A stretch of DNA of 51,850 nt from Candidatus Iainarchaeum sp. (GTDB lineage: Archaea > Iainarchaeota > Iainarchaeia > Iainarchaeales > JAAZKV01): NCBI GenBank assembly GCA_012799645.1, contig JAAZKV010000001.1:1-51850 (forward strand). Reading direction: 5' to 3'. Of the stretch, positions 44,126-51,850 are shown one piece after another. The notes beneath the pieces were generated by a model. The model searched no databases and had not been told where the DNA came from. It saw only the letters and a list, made by a program, of their open reading frames with translations. Made by a program: the position numbers and the translations under genes. Position 1 is the first letter of the stretch, and the number at the start of each line of letters is the position of its first letter.

Positions 44126-45559
44126 ATGAGAAAAAAAAGTGGTGATGTATTGGGGATAATAGATTTTTTAGTTAGTATTTCACAATACTTGCCTGAAATA
44201 AAAAAACCAGAAAAAGAAGTTCCATTTAAACAAAGAATGCTTTGGACAATTGTAGCAGTACTAATTTTTTTCATACTAGGACAAATAATGCTTGTTGGGT
44301 TAAGTGACCAAACAATACAACAATTCGGATTCGCTTCAACAATTTTGGCTAGTGAAATAGGGACACTAATCACAGCAGGAATTGGGCCAATCGTAACCGC
44401 ATCAATCTTTTTACAATTATTTTTAGGAGCACAATTAATCAAAATTGATTTACACTCCCCTGAAGGAAGAGTGAAATTCCAATCACTACAAAAAATACTT
44501 GCAGTAGTGCTTTGCTTCATACAAGGATTAATTTATGTTGCATCAGGAATGCTAATGCCAATTGGCGGAAATGCACTAACAAACCCAATGCTATGGTTTG
44601 TTTCCCTACAAATCGCTATGGGATCATTAATTTTACTCTACCTTGATGAAATTGTTTCAAAATACGGATTAGGATCAGGAATTAGTTTATTCATTGCAGC
44701 AGGAGTGAGCGGACAATTATTTTGGCAAATATTCCAACCACCAATAAGCTCAATACTAGGAATATCACAAGGAGGAATATTATGGCAATTCTTATTCGTA
44801 ACACCAGGGGATTGGTTATTACTATTACCAATACTGGGAGTAATAGGAATATTTTTAGTAGTAGTATTTGCGGAAGGAATGCACGTAAATATCCCAATTA
44901 GTTTCGGACAAAGTGGAATGGGAGGAAGATACCCAGTAAAATTCTTATACGTAAGCAACATGCCAGTGATTTTAGCAATGGCACTATTTATGAACTTCCA
45001 ATTATGGGCAATGCTCACAAAAGGAATACCAATACTAGGAAAAATACTTGATGTGTTCGCTTGGGCAACAATGTCACCAAGCATCGGAAACAACACCCTC
45101 TTCAGTTCAGTAAAAACAGGAGGAGGAAGTTTAATAGAAGGAATTTTAGTACAAGGATTAACTGATCTAACAATTAACGCAATTATCCAAGCAACAGTGT
45201 TTATGGCAATATTAATATTAGTGTGTATAGTGTTCGGATGGTTCTGGGTACAAATGGGAAACCAAAGCACAGAAGCAGTGGCAGCACAACTAGAAAGAAG
45301 TGGAATGCAAATACCAGGATTTAGAAGAGACAAAAGAGTAATAGAAAAAGTGCTGGACAGATACATCCCACCAATCACAATACTAGGATCAATATTCGTT
45401 GCACTCCTAGCAGGATTTGGAGACATCATACTATCAGGAATTGCGAGCGGAACAGGAATACTCCTAACCGTAGGAATAATTTACAGATTGTATGAAGAAA
45501 TAGCAAAAAGTCAAGCAGAAAAACTAGCACCACTACTATCAAAAATGGGAGGAAAGTAA
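44126..45559 (+). CDS. secY: preprotein translocase subunit SecY
   Basis: About 10 TM spans; FKQRMLWTIVAVLIFFILGQI, GIGPIVTASIFLQL, GISLFIAAGV blocks; canonical position after L15. Confidence 0.95.
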   Translation: MRKKSGDVLGIIDFLVSISQYLPEIKKPEKEVPFKQRMLWTIVAVLIFFILGQIMLVGLSDQTIQQFGFASTILASEIGTLITAGIGPIVTASIFLQLFLGAQLIKIDLHSPEGRVKFQSLQKILAVVLCFIQGLIYVASGMLMPIGGNALTNPMLWFVSLQIAMGSLILLYLDEIVSKYGLGSGISLFIAAGVSGQLFWQIFQPPISSILGISQGGILWQFLFVTPGDWLLLLPILGVIGIFLVVVFAEGMHVNIPISFGQSGMGGRYPVKFLYVSNMPVILAMALFMNFQLWAMLTKGIPILGKILDVFAWATMSPSIGNNTLFSSVKTGGGSLIEGILVQGLTDLTINAIIQATVFMAILILVCIVFGWFWVQMGNQSTEAVAAQLERSGMQIPGFRRDKRVIEKVLDRYIPPITILGSIFVALLAGFGDIILSGIASGTGILLTVGIIYRLYEEIAKSQAEKLAPLLSKMGGK

Positions 45560-45584
45560 AAAAAATAACAACTAAATAGGAGCA

Positions 45585-45593
45585 TTTTTAAAG
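45585..45593 (+). promoter_or_regulatory. TATA-like box TTTTTAAAG upstream of the DUF106 gene
   Basis: GAGCATTTTTAAAGG after the secY stop. Confidence 0.4.
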
Positions 45594-45699
45594 GTTATTT
45601 TTAAGAAATTAGTTATTGGTGAGTAAAAAATTTTTACAAAAACTACAAAAAAATTAAAAAGGTGTTTTTATAGAAATAATCAGCCCAGCAATAACAATT

Positions 45700-46188
45700 T
45701 TGATATTGTGTATTGTGCTAGGAAGTATAACAAAAATATTGCAAAGAAAATTTATTGATAAGAGAGAACTTGAATACAATAGAGAAAAAATGAAAGAAAT
45801 GCAAAAAAAAATGAACGAATTAATGAAAATAGGGAGTGAAAAAAGCAGAAAAGAATTAGAGTTATTGCAAACAGAAATGTTGGAAGTTAACACAAAAATA
45901 CTAAACCAAAGTATGAAATTAATGTGGATAACAATGCCAATATTTTTAGTAGCATTCACAGGAATGAATCATTTGTATGGAGGGAAATCATTAGAATCAT
46001 TTATCGCGCTACCAATGTTTGAAGGATTTAATATGCTAAATCCACTAAGTTGGATACCGGTAGGGTTAGAAACAAGCGGGATAGGATTTTTCAAAATGTA
46101 TTTCTTTTATTATTTAATAGTATCACTAGGATTGAATTTAGTGGAAAAAGTTTATGATAAAAAAATAAAACCAAAAATGAAAAAATAA
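45700..46188 (+). CDS. DUF106 / EMC3-YidC-like membrane insertase homolog (start uncertain, possibly upstream at 45670)
   Basis: TM, then a coiled K/E/M-rich segment (REKMKEMQKKMNELMK), then TMs, as in archaeal DUF106 proteins encoded after secY. The frame is open from 45658, with GGTG at 45661-45664. Confidence 0.75.
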   Translation: MILCIVLGSITKILQRKFIDKRELEYNREKMKEMQKKMNELMKIGSEKSRKELELLQTEMLEVNTKILNQSMKLMWITMPIFLVAFTGMNHLYGGKSLESFIALPMFEGFNMLNPLSWIPVGLETSGIGFFKMYFFYYLIVSLGLNLVEKVYDKKIKPKMKK

Positions 46189-46241
46189 TTAAAATTAAAA
46201 AAATAATTAAAATAAAATGAAAAAAATAGAAGGGAAAATGT

Positions 46242-46577
46242 ATGACAAAACCATCAGATAAGGGAAGAAAATTCAAACACAAAAAAACAATGAGTGAAAC
46301 AAAAAAAGAATTCTTTGACAAAAAAAACAAAAAGAAAAGATGCGCAATCACAAAAAACATTTTACACGGAACAGCAAGAGAAGGAAAAGGAAAAATAAGA
46401 AAACTAAGTAAAACAAAAAGAAGACCAAGTGTGCCATTCGGAGGAATACTATCAAGCAAAGCAAGAGAAGAAGTATTTACAGAAATGGGAAAAGTTGCCG
46501 CAGGAATAAAAACAATTGATATGGTTGATGAAAAATACAAAAAATACGTAAAACAAGGAATAAGAAGAGCACAATAA
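46242..46577 (+). CDS. rpl34e: 50S ribosomal protein L34e (eL34)
   Basis: KRCAITKNILHG...IRKLSKTKRRPSVPFGG matches the eL34 core (zinc cysteines mostly lost). Confidence 0.82.
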   Translation: MTKPSDKGRKFKHKKTMSETKKEFFDKKNKKKRCAITKNILHGTAREGKGKIRKLSKTKRRPSVPFGGILSSKAREEVFTEMGKVAAGIKTIDMVDEKYKKYVKQGIRRAQ

Positions 46578-46587
46578 GGTGAAGAAC

Positions 46588-46803
46588 ATGGAAATAGGAC
46601 AAGTTTGCATAAAAACAAAAGGAAGAGAAGCTGGAAGAAAAGTAATAGTGCTAAGCACTCCAAAAAACGGAAGAGTGCTAATTGATGGAAAACAAGTAAA
46701 AAGAAGAGAATGCAATATGTTACATTTATTTCCAACAAACGAAAAAATAAAAATAGCAAAAGAAGCACCACACGAAGCGGTGATAAAAGCATTAAAAAAT
46801 TAA
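46588..46803 (+). CDS. rpl14e: 50S ribosomal protein L14e (eL14)
   Basis: MEIGQVCIKTKGREAGRKVIVL KOW block. GGTGA at 46578-46582. Confidence 0.88.
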   Translation: MEIGQVCIKTKGREAGRKVIVLSTPKNGRVLIDGKQVKRRECNMLHLFPTNEKIKIAKEAPHEAVIKALKN

Positions 46804-46849
46804 GAAAATTATGTAAAAAGGATTAATGAAAAAAAATGGTGTGAGGATT

Positions 46850-47368
46850 ATGAAAGAAATTAATTACATTGTAAGAGTAGCAGGAAAAGATCTAGACGGA
46901 ACAAAACCCGTAGAATACGCAATACAAGGACTAAAAGGAGTAGGGCCAAGAATAGCAGAAGTACTATCAAGTAAATTTATTAAAGAAATAAAAATTACAC
47001 GAAGAACAAAATTAGGAGAATTAAGTGCTGAAGAGGTAACAAAACTTGAAGAACTAATCCTAAACCCTGAAAAACACGGAGTGCCAATATGGGCAATGAA
47101 CAGAAGAAAAGATATTGAAACAGGAAAAAACAAACACTTAATTATGAACGAACTAGCGTTTTCATTGAAAAAAGATTTCGAAAGAATGGGAGAAATAAAA
47201 TCTTACAAAGGATTAAGACACATTAGTGGATTAACAGTAAGAGGACAAAAAACAAAAAGCAGACACAGAGGAAAAGGTGGAAGTGTAGGAGTATCAAAAA
47301 AAGATGCAAATAAACCAGCAAAAAAAGCAGCAGCACCAGCAAAAGCACCTGCAACAAAAAAGAAATAA
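46850..47368 (+). CDS. rps13: 30S ribosomal protein S13 (uS13)
   Basis: IVRVAGKDLDGTKPVEYAIQGLKGVGPRIAE...YKGLRHISGLTVRGQKTKS. Confidence 0.94.
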   Translation: MKEINYIVRVAGKDLDGTKPVEYAIQGLKGVGPRIAEVLSSKFIKEIKITRRTKLGELSAEEVTKLEELILNPEKHGVPIWAMNRRKDIETGKNKHLIMNELAFSLKKDFERMGEIKSYKGLRHISGLTVRGQKTKSRHRGKGGSVGVSKKDANKPAKKAAAPAKAPATKKK

Positions 47369-47434
47369 AAAAAAATAAATCAAAAAATGTTTAAAAAATA
47401 AAAAAGAAAAGGAAATGAAAAAGAAGTGATATGA

Positions 47435-48022
47435 ATGGGAGACCCAAAAAAGAGAAGAAAGTCATACCAAACACCAAGAAAATCTTTTTCAAAAGAAAGA
47501 ATTGAAAAAGAAAGAGAGACAAAAAAAACATACGGATTAAAAAACACAAGAGAATTATACAGAGCAGATTCAATAATTAGAAAAAAAAGAAAAAACGCAA
47601 GAAACCTACTAGCACTAGGACTTGAACAAAGATTAAAAAGAGAAAAAGAACTACTTGATTCACTAAAAAACATGGGAATACTAAGAGGAAACCCAACACT
47701 TGAAGATGTGCTAACACTAACAGGAGAAGCACTACTTGAAAGAAGACTCCAAACAATTGTGTGGAGAAAAGGACTAGCAAACACAGCAAAACAAGCAAGA
47801 CAATTCATAACACACGGACACATTAGTATTAATGGAGAAAAAGTAAACAAACCAGGATACCTTGTAACAACAGAAGAGGAAGAAAAAATAGCTTACCACA
47901 AACAAGAAATGATACTTGAACAAAAAAAAGTAAAAGCAACAAAAGAAAAAGAAAGTGAAAAAAAAGAACTACAAGAAGCATTTGATGAAGCGAAACCAAC
48001 AGAAATAGAGGATGGTGAATAA
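47435..48022 (+). CDS. rps4: 30S ribosomal protein S4 (uS4)
   Basis: MGDPKKRRKSYQTPRKSFSKERIEKE...RLQTIVWRKGLANTAKQARQFITHGHISINGEKV (S4 RNA-binding domain). Confidence 0.94.
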   Translation: MGDPKKRRKSYQTPRKSFSKERIEKERETKKTYGLKNTRELYRADSIIRKKRKNARNLLALGLEQRLKREKELLDSLKNMGILRGNPTLEDVLTLTGEALLERRLQTIVWRKGLANTAKQARQFITHGHISINGEKVNKPGYLVTTEEEEKIAYHKQEMILEQKKVKATKEKESEKKELQEAFDEAKPTEIEDGE

Positions 48023-48023
48023 A

Positions 48024-48413
48024 ATGACCGAACAACGAGGAATAGTACACATATACGCAACACACAACAACACAATGCTATTACTAACTGATATGACAGG
48101 ATCAGAAACCATAGCAAAAAGCACCGGAGGAATGGAAACAAAAGCACAACACAAAGAAGCATCACCATATGTAGCAATGAAACTAGCAGAAAATATTGCA
48201 AACGCTGCAAGAGAAAAAAATATTAAAGAAATTTATGTAAAAGTAAGAGGACACGGAGGAAACAAAAGTCCATCAGCAGGATCAGGAGCAGAAGCAGCAA
48301 TCAGATCACTGACAAGAAACGGACTAAGAATCGTGTCAATAGAAAATGTTACCCCAAGACCACACGATGGGTGCAGAAAGAAAAAAAAATTCAGGGGAAA
48401 AACAAAAAACTAA
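48024..48413 (+). CDS. rps11: 30S ribosomal protein S11 (uS11)
   Basis: GIVHIYATHNNTMLLLTDMTGSETIAKSTGGM...VRGHGGNKSPSAGSGAEAAIRSLTRNGLRIVSIENVTP. Confidence 0.95.
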   Translation: MTEQRGIVHIYATHNNTMLLLTDMTGSETIAKSTGGMETKAQHKEASPYVAMKLAENIANAAREKNIKEIYVKVRGHGGNKSPSAGSGAEAAIRSLTRNGLRIVSIENVTPRPHDGCRKKKKFRGKTKN

Positions 48414-48448
48414 ACAAAAAATGAACAAAAAAAATAATGGTGAAAATT

Positions 48449-49201
48449 ATGGATATAAAAAAAGTGTATGAAGAAGGAAGTGTAACAAAATACTTAATAA
48501 AAGGCACCACTCCAACTTTTATGAACACACTAAGAAGAACAATAATGACAGAAGTACCATGCCTAGCAATAGAAGAAGTTAGTTTTTATGAAAACACAGG
48601 AATAATATTTGATGAAATGCTGGCAAACAGATTAGGATTATTACCAATAAAAACTGATACAAAAGCATACAAAAGAGGAGATAAAGTAAAATTAGTTCTA
48701 GAAAAAGAAGGACCAGGAATTGTAACAACAAAAGACATAAAATGCACTGATCCAAAAATAGAAATACTTGACAAAAAAATTTACATAACAAAATTAGTGA
48801 AAGATCAAAAATTAAGATTAGAAATGACAGCACTAATGGAAAGCGGAACAAAACACGCAAAATTCCAACCAGCAATAGTATCATACAACGAAGTACCATA
48901 CATCAATAACGACAAAATTGATACAAAAAACCTAAAAGAAATAGTGGAAAGCGCACCAAAAGGAAGCATTGAACTAAAAGCAGGAAAATTATTTTTAACA
49001 GATCCTTACAACACAAAAATACAAAACCAACCAGTGGACATACTAGAAAAATACGGAGCAAAAATAAATTATTCAGAAGATGAATTTGTTTTAACAATAG
49101 AAACAACAGGACAACTAACAACACAAGAAATAATTGAAAGTGCAATAAAAGAAATAACAACAAAACTTGAAGAAATAGAAGAAGGAATAAAAAAATTATA
49201 A
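48449..49201 (+). CDS. rpoD: RNA polymerase subunit D (Rpo3)
   Basis: FMNTLRRTIMTEVPCLAIEEVSFYENTGIIFDEMLANRLGLLPIK; canonical position after S11. Confidence 0.92.
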   Translation: MDIKKVYEEGSVTKYLIKGTTPTFMNTLRRTIMTEVPCLAIEEVSFYENTGIIFDEMLANRLGLLPIKTDTKAYKRGDKVKLVLEKEGPGIVTTKDIKCTDPKIEILDKKIYITKLVKDQKLRLEMTALMESGTKHAKFQPAIVSYNEVPYINNDKIDTKNLKEIVESAPKGSIELKAGKLFLTDPYNTKIQNQPVDILEKYGAKINYSEDEFVLTIETTGQLTTQEIIESAIKEITTKLEEIEEGIKKL

Positions 49202-49352
49202 AAAAAATAAAAATTAATGTTTATATTTAATTAATTTGTAATTAATTAATATTATATTGAAGTGACTGAAAGTCACAAAAAAAGCAAAGGAAAAAAGCCG
49301 GCAAAAAATGACAAAGCCAGCAAAAAAAAACAAAAGCTGGTTAAGCAACTTT

Positions 49353-49517
49353 GCAGGGGTTCCCGAGCGGTCAAAGGGGCAGGACTTAAGATGTCAAACA
49401 AAAGGCAAAAAAGCTCTATCAAAGCCAAAAGCAAGATAGTGTGCACTTGTCCAAAGGGAAAAACAGATGTGATCCTGTGGCTTAGTGCCTTCGACGGTTC
49501 AAATCCGTCCCCCTGCA
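49353..49517 (+). tRNA. tRNA-Leu(UAA), class II (long variable arm), interrupted by an 81-nt intron at the 37/38 position
   Basis: Hand fold. Acceptor GCAGGGG/CCCCTGC. D arm CCC..GGG with loop GAGCGGTCAAA. Anticodon stem CAGGA (49380-84)/TCCTG (49473-77), loop CTTAAG+A. Variable arm TGGCTTAGTGCCTTC. T arm GACGG-TTCAAAT-CCGTC. Discriminator A; no encoded CCA. Confidence 0.9.
49391..49471 (+). other. tRNA-Leu intron (81 nt; boundary could shift by 1 nt because A flanks both junctions)
   Basis: This is the sequence between anticodon-loop G37 (49390) and A38/TCCTG. It is A-rich and does not fit any tRNA arm. I could not confirm a bulge-helix-bulge by eye. Confidence 0.75.
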
Positions 49518-49573
49518 TTGAGTTTGAAAAACAGTGGTATAAAAAAATTAAGTTTATGTTGAGTTGATAAAGT

Positions 49574-49933
49574 ATGACAAAAAAATTAGAAACAATAAAA
49601 CTCGTTGCGAGTTTAGAAAAAGCAGCTAGAAAAACAAAAAAACCAATCTGGGAAAATTTAGCTAAAAGAGCAATGTGCAAAAGAAGAGCAAAAAAACAAA
49701 TAAATTTAGATAAATTAAATACACTGGCAAAAAAATTTAAAGGAAAAACATTAATTGTGCCAGGAAAAATACTAGCAAAAGGAGAGCTAACAGAAAAAGT
49801 AACAATTGTTGCAATAAGTGCATCAGAAAGTGCAAAAGAAAAAATAGCAAAAAGTGGAAAATACATTCCACTAATTGAACTAGCAAACAATGCGACAAAA
49901 GCAAAAACAAACGAGTTAGTGATAGTGAATTAA
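49574..49933 (+). CDS. rpl18e: 50S ribosomal protein L18e (eL18)
   Basis: LVASLEKAARKTKKPIWENLAKRA...TLIVPGKILAKGELTEKVTIVAISASESAKEKI. Confidence 0.88.
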   Translation: MTKKLETIKLVASLEKAARKTKKPIWENLAKRAMCKRRAKKQINLDKLNTLAKKFKGKTLIVPGKILAKGELTEKVTIVAISASESAKEKIAKSGKYIPLIELANNATKAKTNELVIVN

Positions 49934-49954
49934 TTTTTAGAAGAGTTGATTAAA

Positions 49955-50377
49955 ATGATAGTGGATGGAAAAAATTTAATTGCAGGAAGATTGGCAAGCA
50001 GAGTTGCAAAAGCAGCAGTAAAAGGAGAACAAGTAATAGTAATTAATGCAGAAGATACAGTAATAGTGGGAAACAAAGAATCAACTCTCAAAAAATTTTA
50101 TACAAAAACACACGAAGCAAGAGTACTATCAAACCCACACTACGGACCAAAATACGACAGAATACCAAGCAAAATACTTAGAAGAATGGTGAAAGGAATG
50201 TTACCAAAAAGATCAAGAACAAAAGAAAAATTAATCAAACTAGTTACAATCTACAACTCGACTCCAAAATTAATGCCAAAAGGAGAAATAATTACTTTTA
50301 AAGAAATAGAATTTGACGGAAACAAAAACCACATAACACTAAAAGAACTAGGAACACTACTCGGAGGAAAGTGGTAA
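49955..50377 (+). CDS. rpl13: 50S ribosomal protein L13 (uL13)
   Basis: MIVDGKNLIAGRLASRVAKAAVKGEQVIVINAE...PSKILRRMVKGMLP. Confidence 0.93.
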   Translation: MIVDGKNLIAGRLASRVAKAAVKGEQVIVINAEDTVIVGNKESTLKKFYTKTHEARVLSNPHYGPKYDRIPSKILRRMVKGMLPKRSRTKEKLIKLVTIYNSTPKLMPKGEIITFKEIEFDGNKNHITLKELGTLLGGKW

Positions 50378-50394
50378 AAAAAGAGGGAATAATT

Positions 50395-50799
50395 ATGGCT
50401 GCAAAAAAAGGAAATGTAATAAAAGCAAAAAAGAAAACAGCGGTTGCAAGAACTGTTATAAAAAAAGGAACAGGAAAAATAAAAATCAACCACTTAAGTA
50501 TAGATGCTTACGCAAAAGGATACATAAAAGATCTAATAATGGAACCAATTAAACTAGCAGGAGAAGAACTAAAAGAATATGATATTATTGTAAATGTACA
50601 CGGATCAGGAAACATAAGCCAAGCAATGGCAGTAAGATCATGCATCGCAAAAGCAATAGTTAAAGCAAAAGGAAAAAAATACAAAGATTTATACCTAGCC
50701 TATGATAGATCAATGCTAGTTGATGATGTAAGAAAAGTAGAATCAAAGAAACCACTAGGAAGAAAAGCAAGAAAGAAAAAACAACACAGTAAGAGATAA
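50395..50799 (+). CDS. rps9: 30S ribosomal protein S9 (uS9)
   Basis: GKKKTAVARTVIKKGTGKIKIN...VHGSGNISQAMAVRSCIAKAIV...DDVRKVESKKPLGRKARKKKQHSKR. Confidence 0.94.
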   Translation: MAAKKGNVIKAKKKTAVARTVIKKGTGKIKINHLSIDAYAKGYIKDLIMEPIKLAGEELKEYDIIVNVHGSGNISQAMAVRSCIAKAIVKAKGKKYKDLYLAYDRSMLVDDVRKVESKKPLGRKARKKKQHSKR

Positions 50800-50862
50800 A
50801 TAAAAAAAATGAAAAAAAGAAAAGATAAAAAAATAAAGGAAAAAACAAAAAAGGGTGAAAAA

Positions 50863-51057
50863 ATGATAGTGCCAATAAGATGTTTTTCGTGCGGAAAAGT
50901 AATAGCAGGAGTACACCAAGAATTCACAGAAAGAATAAATAAAGGAGAAAATGCAGGAAAAGTACTTGATGAGCTAAAAATAAAAAAATACTGTTGCAGA
51001 AAAACACTCCTAACAAGTGTTGATATGATAGAAGAGGTAGTGAAATACACAAAATAA
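50863..51057 (+). CDS. rpoN: RNA polymerase subunit N (Rpo10)
   Basis: MIVPIRCFSCGKVIAG...KKYCCRKTLLTSVD zinc-bundle motif. GGGTGA at 50853-50858. Confidence 0.93.
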   Translation: MIVPIRCFSCGKVIAGVHQEFTERINKGENAGKVLDELKIKKYCCRKTLLTSVDMIEEVVKYTK

Positions 51058-51120
51058 AAAAACAATAAAAATTAAGAAAAATAAAATTGTTAAAAAATAA
51101 AAAATTAATGAGGGATATGG

Positions 51121-51850
51121 ATGAGTGCTAAAAATTTTGTAAAAGAAAAAGAAGAAGTGAAAGAAAACTTTGATGATACTGATACAGAATTCTACAAAGG
51201 AAAAGATCTACTCGCTGATATTGAAACATACTTAAAAAGCGGAATCCATATCGGAACAAAATACAAAACAGGAGAAATGAGAAGATACATATTCAAAAAA
51301 AGAAGAGACGGATTAATGGTATTCAACATTGAAACAATTGATAAAAGAATAAGAATGGTTGCAAAAATACTTGCAAAATACAACGGAAAAGATATTGCTG
51401 TTGTTTCAAAAAAATTATACGGACACCAAGGAGCAAAAAAATTCGCAGCACTAACAGGAGCACAAGTATACACCGGAAGATTCATACCAGGAACATTCAC
51501 AAACCCAGAAGCAAGAAACTTCCAAGAACCAAAAATATTATTAGTAGTGGATCCAATCACTGATTTCCAAGCAATAAAAGAAGCATGCAAAATACACATC
51601 CCAATAATAGCACTAGTAGGAACTGATAGTCCACTAACAAAAATTGATCTTGCAATACCAACAAACAATAAAGGAAGAAAAGCAATAGCACTAGTATTCT
51701 ATTTACTAACAAGAGAACTACTAATTGCAAGAAACGAAATAACAAAAGATGCATTCACATCAGAAATCACTGATTTTGAACAAGAAATTGAAAAAAAAGA
51801 AGAAGAACTACCAAAAAGAAGATTTAGTAACAACAGAAGAAGACCAAGAA
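51121..51850 (+). CDS. rps2: 30S ribosomal protein S2 (uS2), 3' end off window
   Basis: Own translation from ATG 51121: MSAKNFVKEKEE...YLKSGIHIGTKYKTGEMRRYIFKKRRDGLMVFNIETIDKRIRMVAKIL...ILLVVDPITDFQAIKEACKIHIPIIALVGTDSPL. No stop before the window end, so it is absent from the ORF track. Confidence 0.93.
   Translation, partial: MSAKNFVKEKEEVKENFDDTDTEFYKGKDLLADIETYLKSGIHIGTKYKTGEMRRYIFKKRRDGLMVFNIETIDKRIRMVAKILAKYNGKDIAVVSKKLYGHQGAKKFAALTGAQVYTGRFIPGTFTNPEARNFQEPKILLVVDPITDFQAIKEACKIHIPIIALVGTDSPLTKIDLAIPTNNKGRKAIALVFYLLTRELLIARNEITKDAFTSEITDFEQEIEKKEEELPKRRFSNNRRRPR

Noticed and set aside
49391-49471. C/D-box sRNA encoded in the tRNA-Leu intron
   Set aside because: I looked for RUGAUGA and CUGA boxes at the intron ends and found none.
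49262-49567. 101-aa + strand ORF (and the minus ORF 49273-49890) across the rpoD-L18e spacer
   Set aside because: It overlaps a clear tRNA-Leu cloverleaf and its intron; the translation is K-rich nonsense.

Overview
Visibly AT-rich, strongly purine-skewed archaeal chromosome segment. Gene content and architecture suggest a small-genome DPANN-type archaeon; that assignment is inference, and no composition statistics were computed. Most of the window is the conserved archaeal information-processing supercluster, almost all on the + strand: rpoH-rpoB''-rpoB'-rpoA'-rpoA'' / L30e-nusA-S12-S7-aEF2 / aEF1alpha-S10 / L3-L4-L23-L2-S19-L22-S3-L29-aSUI1-Rpp29-S17-L14-L24-S4e-L5-S14-S8-L6-L32e-L19e-L18-S5-L30-L15-SecY-DUF106-L34e-L14e / S13-S4-S11-rpoD-tRNA-Leu(UAA, 81-nt intron)-L18e-L13-S9-rpoN-S2. 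Accessory material falls in three places. (i) Left end: a radical SAM/SPASM enzyme, a K-rich hypothetical protein, a membrane protein, and a minus-strand pair of a U32 Fe-S protein plus a 309-aa [FeFe]-hydrogenase H-domain-only protein. (ii) An orphan DNA methyltransferase plus a HicBA module wedged between aEF2 and aEF1alpha. (iii) RtcB, a DUF4013-like membrane protein and two large surface proteins between S10 and L3. The most unusual non-genic signals are three short, GC-richer, hairpin-rich inserts, each bracketed by an 18-31 nt direct duplication of the 3' end (stop region included) of the upstream gene (rpoB'', rps7, methyltransferase). Other signals are C-depleted or G-depleted arrays of a TTAGTGAG-type motif upstream of rps12 and of the U32 gene, and recurring leader hairpins. 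No rRNA, CRISPR array, transposase or integrase gene was seen. ORF-track starts are longest-ORF (ATG/GTG/TTG); I trimmed them where a GGTGA-type Shine-Dalgarno lies 5-8 nt upstream of an internal ATG.
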